Assembly: GCA_017642535.1 (NCBI GenBank)
Contig: JAGCOW010000096.1
Location: 15,428 to 79,427, forward strand
DNA length: 64,000 nt
Origin: Bacteroidales bacterium
GTDB taxonomy: Bacteria; Bacteroidota; Bacteroidia; Bacteroidales; UBA1715
Direction: 5' to 3'
A program made the position numbers and the translations under genes. Positions 37,972 through 47,999 of this stretch are shown here, piece after piece. The notes beneath the pieces are model-generated. The model was not told the DNA's origin and did no database searches. It worked only from the letters and a program-made list of their open reading frames with translations. Numbering within the stretch: the stretch's first letter is position 1; each line of letters begins with the position of its first letter.

Positions 37972-39966
37972 TTATTTTACCTTCTTGAACACAAGAACCG
38001 TGTGGTTTGGTATGTACATTTTCAGATAATGTTCTGCATACAGACCTTCTTCCACAGGAAGCGAAAAATACGTCAGTGTTTGGTCCACACGATTCAAGCC
38101 ACCGTATTTGGGAGCGTCGTTTGTCAGCACAATCTTATATTCTCCTGCCGGCATTGCAATGCCATAACCTTCAAACGACTGTGTTGGATTGAACGAAAAT
38201 ACGAAATACAATCCGTCACGTTCAAAAGCCAGAATCTGATCGTGATTATTATCGTGAATGAATCGTGGTCGTTCCTTGAAGAAATTCGGATGTTCGTTGA
38301 CCATGGCAATCATATCCTTGTCGAACAAGGCAAGGAATTTATATCGAAGATTCTCATCCGTCCGTAAATGCCACTGACGACGAGCATAATGGTATGACCA
38401 GCCATTCCCTTCACGTGGAAAATCAATCCATTCGGGATGCCCGAATTCATTTCCCATAAAGTTGAGATAGCCGTTTTGTGCCGTTGCAAGCGTCATCAGA
38501 CGAATCTCCTTGTGCAACGCCATACCGCGGTCAATCACCAAACTTGGAATTGCGACGTGCATACAAGTGTACATTTCCTTGTCCATCAAACGGAATGCAA
38601 TTGTCTTGTCGCCCACCAATGCCTGGTCGTGAGATTCTGCATAAGAAATAACTTTTTCGTCGGCACGAGCTTGAGTCAACTCGTAATACATATTTCCCAC
38701 TTGCCAATCTTCGTCACGCAAATCCTTCAACAATTTAATCCAATAATCGGGAACGCCCATCGACAAACGATAATCGAAACCATAACCTCCATTCTCAATT
38801 GGCATGGCAAGTCCTGGCAAACCGCTCATGTCTTCAGCAATGGTGATAGCCGACGGTTTCACCTCGTGAATCAGTTTATTTGCAAGACCAAGATAAGTCA
38901 ATGCGTCATCATCTTCGTTGCCGTCATAATAGCGTTCATAGCAATCAAATGCACGACCAAGACCATGATCCCAGTACATCATACTGGTAACGCCGTCGAA
39001 ACGGAAACCGTCAAAATTATATTCCGTCAACCAATATTTGCAGTTAGACAAAAGGAAGTGAATCACTTCGTTTTTTCCATAATTGAAACATTTTGAATCC
39101 CACGCTCCATGCGTACCTTTAGGTCCTTTATGGAAAAACTGATATTCAGTGCCGTCGTATTTTCCCAAGCCCTCTTCAGTATTCTTAACAGCATGAGAAT
39201 GAATCAAATCCATAATGACACGCATACCCATTCCGTGAGCTGTGTCAATCAACTCCTTCAACTCCTCAGGAGTACCGAAACGAGACGAAGCGGCAAAGAA
39301 ACTCGACACGTGATAGCCAAACGAGCCATAGTACGGATGTTCCTGAATGGCCATCAACTGTACGGTATTGTAACCTGCATCCTTAATGATAGGCAGAATA
39401 TTCTTTGTAAATTCCGCATAGGTGCCGACCTTATATTCCTCGGTTGCCATACCCACGTGTGCCTCGTAAATCAAAGGTGCCTGATTTATTTTTGGAAGAG
39501 GGTTTTTCCAAACGTATGGTTTGGGGTCCCAAATTTGAGCAGAGAAAATCTTTGTCTCCTCGTCCTGAACCACTCTCGTCGCCCACGCAGGAATACGAAA
39601 TCCGTGACCTCCGTTCCAATACATTGACAATTTATACAAATCGCCATGTTTTATACGATCCAATGGAACTTCAAGTTCCCAACAATGATCTTTCTCCTCA
39701 AAAACAAACTCAACGTGTTCCTCCCAATTAGAAAACGTCCCCACAAGACAAATGTTCGTCGCGTTCGGAGCCCATTCACGGAAAATCCAGCTTTTATCGG
39801 TTTTATGGCAACCAAAAAACAAATGTCCGTTAGCAAAGGATGCAAGTGACGAGTTATTGATAAGCAAATTCTTTTCTCTTTGCTTCCAATACTCCAAGCG
39901 ACCAACAATGGCAGGCGTGAAAGGTTTCAGCCAAGGGTCATTTTCAACATACGAAGGTGCATTCAT
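37972..39966 (-). CDS. glgB: 1,4-alpha-glucan branching enzyme (GH13)
   Basis: 664 aa. The GH13 regions DLIHSHA, GFRFDGVTSM and IAEDMSG are present, and the N-terminal region also looks branching-enzyme-like. Confidence 0.88.
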   Translation of the reverse strand: MNAPSYVENDPWLKPFTPAIVGRLEYWKQREKNLLINNSSLASFANGHLFFGCHKTDKSWIFREWAPNATNICLVGTFSNWEEHVEFVFEEKDHCWELEVPLDRIKHGDLYKLSMYWNGGHGFRIPAWATRVVQDEETKIFSAQIWDPKPYVWKNPLPKINQAPLIYEAHVGMATEEYKVGTYAEFTKNILPIIKDAGYNTVQLMAIQEHPYYGSFGYHVSSFFAASSRFGTPEELKELIDTAHGMGMRVIMDLIHSHAVKNTEEGLGKYDGTEYQFFHKGPKGTHGAWDSKCFNYGKNEVIHFLLSNCKYWLTEYNFDGFRFDGVTSMMYWDHGLGRAFDCYERYYDGNEDDDALTYLGLANKLIHEVKPSAITIAEDMSGLPGLAMPIENGGYGFDYRLSMGVPDYWIKLLKDLRDEDWQVGNMYYELTQARADEKVISYAESHDQALVGDKTIAFRLMDKEMYTCMHVAIPSLVIDRGMALHKEIRLMTLATAQNGYLNFMGNEFGHPEWIDFPREGNGWSYHYARRQWHLRTDENLRYKFLALFDKDMIAMVNEHPNFFKERPRFIHDNNHDQILAFERDGLYFVFSFNPTQSFEGYGIAMPAGEYKIVLTNDAPKYGGLNRVDQTLTYFSLPVEEGLYAEHYLKMYIPNHTVLVFKKVK

Positions 39967-40069
39967 ATATTTGAGAAATTACGCACCAAAAGTACGTTTT
40001 TCAATGAAAATAGAATAGTTTTTGACTATTTTTTTTGAAAACAGATTATTATTTTTGCAAAAAAAGGAA

Positions 40070-41515
40070 ATGGAAACCAATATTCAGATTCTGGTCGTAA
40101 TGATAGTATATGCCTTGTTCCTCTTTATGTGGGGACTATGGCAGGGACGCAAGGTGAAGAATTCACAGGATTTTGCCATTGCGGGCCGGTCGCTGTCGGG
40201 AGTGGTTGCTTCGCTTTCGGAACGAGCCACAGGAGAATCGTCGTGGGCATTGCTCGGTCTTCCTGGTGCGGCGTATGCCACAGGACTTTTGGAGATTTGG
40301 ACTGCCATTGGTTGCGTGGTGGGAATCATCCTCGCATGGACAATCCTTGCATGGAGAATCCAACGCGAGGCACAAAATCTTGATGCAACAACATTTACCG
40401 ACTTTATTGCAAAACAGCACGGTGACAAGGCACAACTTATCCGTATCACGGGAAGCATCACCATCGTGTTCTTTTTCTTCTTCTACATTGGAGCTCAATT
40501 CATTGGCGGTGCAAAAACGCTCAATAATCTGTTCGGATTAGACCCAACGTGGGGAATGATAGTGCTGGTGCTGCTTGTGATTCCTTACACCATATACGGC
40601 GGTTTCCGAAGTGTGGCGTACACCGACGTGATTCAAGCTATCGTAATGATTGTTACTCTGATAGTTACACCAATCGTGGGACTTATCTATATTGCCCACC
40701 AACCTGACGGTGCCATTTACGCACATTCCATCACCGACGCGTTGAGCAAGGCTGGACCGCAATTCACCGATTTAAGCGGTGGACTCGATGGTTTTGGTGC
40801 TGGGTGTCTTATCGGCGGCTCGCTTGCGTGGATGTTCGGTTATTTGGGCGGACTTCCGCAACTCACCACCCGATTCATTTCCATCCGCGATGTGAAACAA
40901 GCGAAAATAGGACGAAATGTCGGCATCGTGTGGACTATATTTGCATATATAGGAGCACTTTCCATAGGTTGGATAGGCATCGCCATTTTCGGTCCCGACG
41001 CCATTTCCGACCGCGAAAACATTATGCCTATCTTGCTTACAACATTGTTTCCACCAATAATTGTGGGCGTTTTGGTGACAGGCATTTTGGCAGCCGTCAT
41101 TTCCACAGCAAACTCCGTGCTGATTCTTTCGGCTACAGAACTTTCCGAAAACCTCATCAAACCATTACAAAAAAATCAAAATAACAGTCTCCGACTTTCA
41201 CGAATTGTTACTGCCATACTCTCTATTTTGGCACTGATAGTGGCATTCTTTTCTTCATCGGAATTTGTTTATACCATAGTGGGCTATGTATGGGCCGGCA
41301 TTGGTTGCACATTTTCGGTGATAATACTGCTCACGCTGTTTTGGAAACGATTCAGCGGCGGCGCGGCTGTGTTAACCATTGTTACGGGAATGCTCTTTAC
41401 CATTGTATGGATAACCACAGGAATGGACAAAATTGTAACCGTCAGACTTATGACATTCATCATTGCCTTCGTCGTTGCGGTTGCTGGAAGTTATATTTTT
41501 CCGAAAAAGAAATAA
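40070..41515 (+). CDS. Sodium:solute symporter (SSF) family transporter
   Basis: About 481 aa from the ATG at 40070 (the track uses the TTG at 40022), with roughly 13 transmembrane segments. The -7 box TATTTTTG is at 40050-40057. Confidence 0.8.
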   Translation: METNIQILVVMIVYALFLFMWGLWQGRKVKNSQDFAIAGRSLSGVVASLSERATGESSWALLGLPGAAYATGLLEIWTAIGCVVGIILAWTILAWRIQREAQNLDATTFTDFIAKQHGDKAQLIRITGSITIVFFFFFYIGAQFIGGAKTLNNLFGLDPTWGMIVLVLLVIPYTIYGGFRSVAYTDVIQAIVMIVTLIVTPIVGLIYIAHQPDGAIYAHSITDALSKAGPQFTDLSGGLDGFGAGCLIGGSLAWMFGYLGGLPQLTTRFISIRDVKQAKIGRNVGIVWTIFAYIGALSIGWIGIAIFGPDAISDRENIMPILLTTLFPPIIVGVLVTGILAAVISTANSVLILSATELSENLIKPLQKNQNNSLRLSRIVTAILSILALIVAFFSSSEFVYTIVGYVWAGIGCTFSVIILLTLFWKRFSGGAAVLTIVTGMLFTIVWITTGMDKIVTVRLMTFIIAFVVAVAGSYIFPKKK

Positions 41516-41520
41516 AAAAA

Positions 41521-41543
41521 CCTCTTGCGACAATCACAAGAGG
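41521..41543. terminator. Bidirectional hairpin terminator between the symporter gene and the tRNA
   Basis: The sequence is CCTCTTG-cgacaatca-CAAGAGG. An A6 run on the plus side gives a T-run on the minus strand after the tRNA. Confidence 0.6.
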
Positions 41544-41550
41544 TTCCTTA

Positions 41551-41625
41551 GGTAGCGGGAGCCAGACTCGAACTGACGACCTTTAGGTTATGAGCCTAAC
41601 GAGCTACCAACTGCTCTATCCCGCG
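41551..41625 (-). tRNA. tRNA-Met (CAT), initiator type
   Basis: The reverse complement is CGCGGGATAGAGCAGTTGGTAGCTCGTTAGGCTCATAACCTAAAGGTCGTCAGTTCGAGTCTGGCTCCCGCTACC, which is close to E. coli tRNA-fMet. It has a CAU anticodon loop (CTCATAA) and an unpaired 1:72 position (C:U). Only CC of the CCA end is encoded. Confidence 0.9.
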
Positions 41626-41761
41626 GTATATCTTTGTAAATGAACACTCGTTTTTCAACGGGGCAAAAGTACAAAATCTGCACAAAAAGTCAAGTGTTTT
41701 TATCATTATTTTTATTTATCTTTGTTTTTCTATTATCTTTGTGCCTATAATTCACAAAAAT

Positions 41762-42307
41762 ATGAGTGATACAAATCAAGAATTTGACGTGGTAAAAAAG
41801 ATGTGTTTCGACATCTTTGAGAAAAAATATGACGACTACGGAACGGCGTGGAGAATCATGCGTCCCGAGTCGTTGACCGACCAGATATTCATTAAGGCAA
41901 GCCGCATCCGCAGCATTGAGGAAAAAGGCATAGCCAAAGTTGGCGAAGGTATCATACCTGAATTTATCGCTATTGTCAATTATGGCATTATGGCGTTGAT
42001 TCAACTTGAACTAAAAGGCACCGACGCTCCCATCGACTTGCCCAAGGATATGGCTGTGGCTCTTTACAACAAGTATTACGATTCCACCAAAGAGCTTATG
42101 ACCAACAAAAACCACGACTACGGCGAGGCGTGGCGTTCAATGCGTGTAAGTTCGTTTACAGATGTAATCTTGCAAAAATTACACAGAACGAAGCAAATTG
42201 AAGACAATAAGGGAGTTACACAGATTTCCGAAGGCGTTGACGCCAATTATCAAGATATGATAAACTATTCCATTTTTGCATTAATCAAATTAGTTGTAGA
42301 AAAATAA
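41762..42307 (+). CDS. DUF1599 domain protein
   Basis: It has two repeats of the DYG.AWR.MR...TD pattern (DDYGTAWRIMRPESLTDQI and HDYGEAWRSMRVSSFTDVI). The ATG at 41762 is preferred over the GTG at 41741. Confidence 0.75.
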   Translation: MSDTNQEFDVVKKMCFDIFEKKYDDYGTAWRIMRPESLTDQIFIKASRIRSIEEKGIAKVGEGIIPEFIAIVNYGIMALIQLELKGTDAPIDLPKDMAVALYNKYYDSTKELMTNKNHDYGEAWRSMRVSSFTDVILQKLHRTKQIEDNKGVTQISEGVDANYQDMINYSIFALIKLVVEK

Positions 42308-42308
42308 C

Positions 42309-43670
42309 ATGGACAAAAGACGAATTTTATTCTTTATCGGTTTAATCGCAATGTTTGCGGCACTCTCGTTGTTTGCAAACTTTGGGACTTTTGAAGACGC
42401 TTCGTGGACAAAACTTTGGATGCTCGTTGCTATGATTTTTAGCGCTTCGGCTGGATTAGCCCTCGTTTTCAATCCTGAACAAATCTGGTTGAACATCTGC
42501 CGATATTTTTCGGGAATATTATTCGTTTTCTCCGGTTTCGTAAAAGCCGACGATCCACTTGGCTCAAAATACAAATTCATTGACTATTTCGAAGCGTGGG
42601 GAATCGATGACATATTTGCTCCAATGGCATTGACGCTTGGCATTATTCTAAGTACCATTGAACTGCTCGTTGGTTTGGCGTTGTTATTCAAACTATTCCC
42701 GAAATGGTCCTCGTTGGGAGCATTGATTTTTATGGTAATCTTTATTCCTATCACATTATATTTGGCATTACAGCAAAATATTTCGGGCAAGGAATTGGTA
42801 CATGACTGCGGTTGCTTCGGCGATGCGTTGGTATTGACCAATTGGCAGACATTCGTAAAGAATCTCGTCATTTTGATTCCTATCGTACTCACGTTTATAT
42901 TCCACAAACGGTTCACCGATTTGATTTCAAACAAAAAATCCATTGTAATCCTTTCGGTACTGACGGTGATGATTGTAGGTCTTTCCATTCATGCACTTCG
43001 CCACTTGCCACCGATTGACTTCCGTCCGTACAAAGTTGGCGTGACCCTGCTCGGCGAGAAATGTAGTGACATACAACAAGCAAGCAATGTGAAAACATAT
43101 CAATATGCCGATTTCAAAAATCTGCAAACTGGTGAACATCAAGAGTTTGACATAGTGAACAATTACCCCGACTACACCATTTGGGAATACAATCCCGATG
43201 TGCCTATTCGTATTGTGGAAGAAAAATTGGACGTTCCACAAAATGACAGTCTGCAAAACACCTATATCGTTGATAATATGATGTTTATGATTGGTAGTGA
43301 CGATGCTACCTGTGACATTATAACAGACACGTCTTACGTATTTCTCGCGATTCATTACGATTTAAATCAATCAAATCCTAAGAATCAGTCGAAAGTCAAT
43401 GCTGTATATGACTGGGCACAACAGAAAGGATTTGCATTTTATGGTGCAACGTCAAGTTTGGAAGACGTAATTGCAAAATATTCAGAAGATTACGGAGCAA
43501 TGTATTCGTATGTCTCGGCAGACGACATTCTTCTCAAAACGATTGTTCGTTCCAACCCTGGCTTGGTTTTGCTTAAAAACGGGAAAATCATAGAAAAATG
43601 GCATCACAACGACATTCCGTCGGCCGAAGAGTTTGAACGGATTTGCAAACAATCCATACATAAGAATTAA
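42309..43670 (+). CDS. DoxX/MauE-like membrane protein with a C-terminal soluble (thioredoxin-like?) domain
   Basis: 453 aa with about five N-terminal transmembrane helices and a CGCFG motif. Its position next to DUF1599 is common in Bacteroidota. Confidence 0.5.
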   Translation: MDKRRILFFIGLIAMFAALSLFANFGTFEDASWTKLWMLVAMIFSASAGLALVFNPEQIWLNICRYFSGILFVFSGFVKADDPLGSKYKFIDYFEAWGIDDIFAPMALTLGIILSTIELLVGLALLFKLFPKWSSLGALIFMVIFIPITLYLALQQNISGKELVHDCGCFGDALVLTNWQTFVKNLVILIPIVLTFIFHKRFTDLISNKKSIVILSVLTVMIVGLSIHALRHLPPIDFRPYKVGVTLLGEKCSDIQQASNVKTYQYADFKNLQTGEHQEFDIVNNYPDYTIWEYNPDVPIRIVEEKLDVPQNDSLQNTYIVDNMMFMIGSDDATCDIITDTSYVFLAIHYDLNQSNPKNQSKVNAVYDWAQQKGFAFYGATSSLEDVIAKYSEDYGAMYSYVSADDILLKTIVRSNPGLVLLKNGKIIEKWHHNDIPSAEEFERICKQSIHKN

Positions 43671-43728
43671 GAGTTAAAAATTAAGAATTTAGATTTTTGG
43701 CCGAGTTTGTCGAAGCCAAATTAAGATT
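43661..43728 (+). repeat. TTAAGAATT-flanked TGGC...GCCA hairpin repeat, copy 1
   Basis: The sequence is TAAGAATTAAGAGTTAAAAATTAAGAATTTAGATTTT-TGGCCGAGTTTGTCGAAGCCA-AATTAAGATT. It is followed (43729-43786) by an imperfect GTAGGG...CCCTAC multi-hairpin. Confidence 0.75.
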
Positions 43729-43819
43729 GTAGGGTGCCGTACTACGGTAGCCACAAAAATGGCTGCCACAATGTGACAGCCCTACGTGCAACCAAAATCG
43801 AACTAATGTGGTTAAAAAC

Positions 43820-45334
43820 TTATTCCTGTCGTTTTGCTTCAAGAACCTTTTCCAATTTGATTCTTTTTTCACGCAATTGCGACGCACGTTCATATTCCTG
43901 TTCCTTGCAAAGGTCGCAGATTTGTTGATTAAGTGTTTCGATTTCTTTTTCCAATTCATTGATACTCATTGAAGAGAACACTTTTTCGTCAAACCAAGAA
44001 ATAGCCACATCGTCATTAAAAGCAAACATGCCGACATTTGTGGATTTTGACAGAATGACCGACTTCAAATCCTCGCAATTCTTAAACGCATAGTCTCCGA
44101 TTTCTTCAACCGACGTTGGAATAATCACACTTGCGAGTTTTTCGCAATTCCAGAACGCACCTTCGCCAATTTTCGCAATTGAATTGGAAAGCGTCAGTTT
44201 ACTTAGTTTTTTGCAGTAATCAAACGCATAATTTTTGATTTCCACAACCGAATCAGCCATAGTCACGCTTGTCAAATTAGAACAACAGAGAAACGCGCAC
44301 TCGCCAATTTCCGTAACAGAATTAGGAATGTCAACGCTTGCGAGCGCTTCGCATCCTGCAAATGCCTCGGTGTCGATTTTGGTAACCGAATCTGGTATAG
44401 TTATGCTTGTCAGGTTTTTACAGCACGCAAACATTCTATTTCCAATTTCCGTCAATGAATTTGGCAAAACCACACTTGTAAGGTTTTCGCAGTTCATAAA
44501 CAACTGAATCCCATCAAGGTTAGTCACCGAATCGGGAATAGTTATACTTTTTAGATTTTTGCACCTCAAAAATGTAGCCCGTCCTATTTTCGTAACGGAA
44601 TTTGGTATCACCACGTTTGTTATTCCGCTATCATAAAACGCACCATCAATTTCCGTAACTGAATCAGGAATAGTAACAGTTGTAAGATTTTGGCAAAAAC
44701 CAAACGAACCAGGTCCAATTTTCTTTATCGAATTTGGAATTGTAACACTTGACAATTCCACACAGAAACTAAATACCCTTTTTCCAATTTCCGTAAGGGA
44801 ATGAGACAATGTCACACTTTTCAGCTTTTTACATTCGCAGAACGCACCTTCTTCTATTTCCGTTACGGAATCTGGGATTGCCACACTTGCTAAATTCTTA
44901 CAAAAGTAAAATGCTTCCTTTCCGATTTTCGTCACCGAATTCGGAATCGATACGCTTGTTAGGTTAGTGCAAAAGTAAAATACATGTACTTTGATTTCCG
45001 TAACGGATTCAGGAATTTTCAGTTCTATCAACCCTTCACACCATGAAAACGCACCATCCCTGATTGTCGTAACCGAATCAGGAATAACGAGGTCTGTTAA
45101 ATTTTTGCAACGATTAAACGCGTGTTCTCCAATTTCTGTCACAGAATCGGGAATGACAACATTTTTTATTCTTTTACAAGATTGAAATGCTTCCTTTCCG
45201 ATTTTCGTCACTCCCTTGGGGATTTCGTACGATTCAGGCACCAATGCACGAGTAGCACCGACCAATGTAATTCCATTTTCGTCTTGTTCAAATGATACGC
45301 CATGCGCATCTTTCCATTTTCTTGTTTCTACCAT
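43820..45334 (-). CDS. BspA-type leucine-rich repeat (LRR_5) protein with a C-terminal UVR motif and no signal peptide
   Basis: 504 aa with roughly 18 repeats of IP.SVT.IG..AF..C..L..V. The C-terminus EQEYERASQLREKRIKLEKVLE resembles a UvrB/C UVR motif. Confidence 0.8.
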   Translation of the reverse strand: MVETRKWKDAHGVSFEQDENGITLVGATRALVPESYEIPKGVTKIGKEAFQSCKRIKNVVIPDSVTEIGEHAFNRCKNLTDLVIPDSVTTIRDGAFSWCEGLIELKIPESVTEIKVHVFYFCTNLTSVSIPNSVTKIGKEAFYFCKNLASVAIPDSVTEIEEGAFCECKKLKSVTLSHSLTEIGKRVFSFCVELSSVTIPNSIKKIGPGSFGFCQNLTTVTIPDSVTEIDGAFYDSGITNVVIPNSVTKIGRATFLRCKNLKSITIPDSVTNLDGIQLFMNCENLTSVVLPNSLTEIGNRMFACCKNLTSITIPDSVTKIDTEAFAGCEALASVDIPNSVTEIGECAFLCCSNLTSVTMADSVVEIKNYAFDYCKKLSKLTLSNSIAKIGEGAFWNCEKLASVIIPTSVEEIGDYAFKNCEDLKSVILSKSTNVGMFAFNDDVAISWFDEKVFSSMSINELEKEIETLNQQICDLCKEQEYERASQLREKRIKLEKVLEAKRQE

Positions 45335-45360
45335 TTCTATTATTTTTAAAGATTATACAT

Positions 45361-46263
45361 TTATTCCACATCCTTCACCAAACGGACAAATAGTTGCTCG
45401 CAACGCTTGAAGCAAGTCATTGCAACATTGTCGCAGTATAAGCAATCACAACTTTCGTCGTAACTCAAGTAACCGCCATTTGCCTCGAATTCCATGGCAC
45501 ATGCATATTCTTCGTCGTAGCCCGACGTTGACCAATATCGTCCGTAGAACTCGGCGTTGAGCGTCTCGACAGGAAGAAACACGGCTCCTTTTTCCTCCAT
45601 TTTTGCCCACCCTTCGGGCGTGAACTCATTTTCAAAAAAATATGCAGCCCGCGGTGTAAACGACGAAGGAGGAAGTTTGGTAAGACCATCGCAAGGCGGC
45701 AACGCAATCAAGCGTTCCGCGTTTTCTTTCACGCGATAATCCGCTCTTGAACCTTTGAGGTAATAATCATCGGGCAACAAAATCAAACCGTTCACCTCGC
45801 CTACGCAACCTATTGAATAGAGACGTTCGGCATCATCACGCATAAAAATCAAATATTCCCATTCATTTCGCGTCAGCGTACGCCACATTCCTGGCTGGTT
45901 TCCACCGTTTGTGATTTTGTTATACACGCCCCAGTCGGCATTGGCAAACTCACCAACCAATTTGACTTTTCCCGAACCGCCAGGAAGATAGTCTTTGCAA
46001 TCTTCGCTATAACTATTTGGTTTATACGCCTTTGCACCACTGTTCCATCCCGACGTTCCCCAGCCAAACAAATCCATCCTACAATCGGTATCCTCCGCGG
46101 CCTCATAATTTTCATCGCCAAGCGCATCGTACTGATGTTCGGCAAAACGCCACAATCCCGTACCAACCTGATACTGCAAATTACCTTGCGAGAAATACAC
46201 TTTCTTGTCATAGGCGACCGAAAACACGCCATTTGTCAAAACTCCATCTTTTTTGTCCATCAC
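45361..46263 (-). CDS. Hypothetical protein (FISUMP/TIGR02145-like WRxLTxxEWEYL motif, no signal peptide)
   Basis: 300 aa. The motifs are YFSQGNLQY, FGWGTSGW and WRTLTRNEWEYL. The family assignment is tentative. Confidence 0.4.
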   Translation of the reverse strand: MMDKKDGVLTNGVFSVAYDKKVYFSQGNLQYQVGTGLWRFAEHQYDALGDENYEAAEDTDCRMDLFGWGTSGWNSGAKAYKPNSYSEDCKDYLPGGSGKVKLVGEFANADWGVYNKITNGGNQPGMWRTLTRNEWEYLIFMRDDAERLYSIGCVGEVNGLILLPDDYYLKGSRADYRVKENAERLIALPPCDGLTKLPPSSFTPRAAYFFENEFTPEGWAKMEEKGAVFLPVETLNAEFYGRYWSTSGYDEEYACAMEFEANGGYLSYDESCDCLYCDNVAMTCFKRCEQLFVRLVKDVE

Positions 46264-46323
46264 TCGTTTTTTTTATAGTAAACAACCTATTATTTTCTTT
46301 GAAACAAAGAAAGAGAACGAGTA

Positions 46324-46338
46324 TGCGAGATTTTCGCA
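46324..46338. promoter_or_regulatory. Dyad operator-like site TGCGAGATTTTCGCA (site 1)
   Basis: It lies 61-75 nt upstream of the minus-strand ATG at 46263. In gene orientation, TGCGAAAATCTCGCA is followed 15 nt later by TTTG. Confidence 0.6.
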
Positions 46339-46502
46339 GAATGAAGATTTTTTTGGGAAAAATTTTGAGGGGGAAAATAAAAAACTCCGTTTCAAATAAT
46401 TAAAACGGAGTTGCTATTAAGACCTCATACCCATAGTGTAAATATTTTTACATTTTGAGTATCAATATTTAAATGAATAAAAGAAGATAATTTCATTATT
46501 CT

Positions 46503-47834
46503 TTATGTAAAAATCAATTCAATATCTGGATCTTTTCCTTTTTTTATTTTGTCGCGATAAAAACCTATAATTAAATCAATATTTTTCCAACCCCATTGTG
46601 TATAGTACCAATACGTGATCCCTTTTATAGTTGTTTGTTTGAAGTTATGATCAAAATTATTTATTTTTTCTTTCTCATTCTCATCATCACATACAATTAC
46701 AACATTCTGTTTCAATAATTTTTTACTTTCGATTTCTATATTTTTCTCTATATCAATTTTATGATTCTTAAACGTCCAATCTTGTGTCTTATCAAATGAT
46801 TTCACATGTACAAGAAAATCATTCCATTTTTTATTGATTGTATTTGTATCTAACCTTTCTTCTTTTATACAATATTCCAATATAGCCTCAACAAGAGCAC
46901 CTTTCCCAGGATATGTATTACCATTGAATTTATAATGGGTCTTATCTTTTGCTTTACCTAATTTCTCTATAGCAGTTGATACAGATGTAGTGTCATAGTC
47001 TAGGGTATCATCGTCCTTAAGCGCAGATAACGATAAAGTAATCAGTTGTTCATTATTCGTCCAAAAGTCAACAAGTAGTTTTCGAAGTTCATCGTTCATA
47101 GCCATAATATTATTTTGTTGTGAGTAATTTATACTTAATGCTTTAATGTATTCTTTGATAATAAAATGTTTTCTCGGTTGTATAGATTCTTCATTGAGCA
47201 ACGGAGAGAGAATCTCATCTAATATGTCTTGGTAATTGATTTGAATAAAAGATTTGCATTCACACTCAGGTTCAAGTAAATCTTTTGAAGGACGTTGAGT
47301 GAGAAAAACGAAAATACAATTTTCAGCATTATATTTTTCCGTATAATATTCATAATATCTTTTTGTCTGACCAGTGTGCTCTTTTGAATTCACCTTATTC
47401 TCAACAATCACATACAATGGTTTTTCACTATTCCTATACTTAATAGTAATTAATATATCTGACCTGCCTTTTTTCTCCTTCGTTACAGCAGAATCCTCGA
47501 GTTTTGCTTCTACATGTTCAATGAAAAAGGAAGTTGTTAGCAAACGCTTTCTTACTTTATCAGTGAAACGAGTTTTTTTGTCCTTGTATTGTCCATCTCT
47601 TTTCAGTAATAAAAGCAACAAACTTTTTATAGAGATTTCACATAATTCTTGATCTGCAAAAATCCATTTTAGAAAATTAGAATGATAGTTTTCTTTTCTA
47701 TCAACCCGAAGGATATCTAAAAAAGAAAGTTCATTGTAATATTCGTTGAGCTTTTGTACCGTTGAAGATGAGTGGTACTTTCTCAACAACTCAAAAACCT
47801 CATCGTCAGACAATTCAACTTGTTCTTCTGCCAT
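46503..47834 (-). CDS. PD-(D/E)XK nuclease superfamily protein
   Basis: 443 aa. The motifs are an N-terminal NYHSNFLKWIF and a core GRSDILI...YVIVENKVNSKEHTGQTKRYYEY (D...ExK pattern). The gene is visibly more AT-rich than its neighbours. Confidence 0.65.
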   Translation of the reverse strand: MAEEQVELSDDEVFELLRKYHSSSTVQKLNEYYNELSFLDILRVDRKENYHSNFLKWIFADQELCEISIKSLLLLLLKRDGQYKDKKTRFTDKVRKRLLTTSFFIEHVEAKLEDSAVTKEKKGRSDILITIKYRNSEKPLYVIVENKVNSKEHTGQTKRYYEYYTEKYNAENCIFVFLTQRPSKDLLEPECECKSFIQINYQDILDEILSPLLNEESIQPRKHFIIKEYIKALSINYSQQNNIMAMNDELRKLLVDFWTNNEQLITLSLSALKDDDTLDYDTTSVSTAIEKLGKAKDKTHYKFNGNTYPGKGALVEAILEYCIKEERLDTNTINKKWNDFLVHVKSFDKTQDWTFKNHKIDIEKNIEIESKKLLKQNVVIVCDDENEKEKINNFDHNFKQTTIKGITYWYYTQWGWKNIDLIIGFYRDKIKKGKDPDIELIFT

Positions 47835-47999
47835 TGTTACAAATCACAAACGGACCTCTTTTTTACATTTTTCTCTCCAACTCTCCAAACCTTGCCGAAG
47901 TCCATATAACAAAATCCGAGAATTTGAATTGTGTAAAGTTACGAAATTTTTCGAAACTTGTTTTTGCAAAAAGCATTTTTTCCTACTAGCAATCGATCT

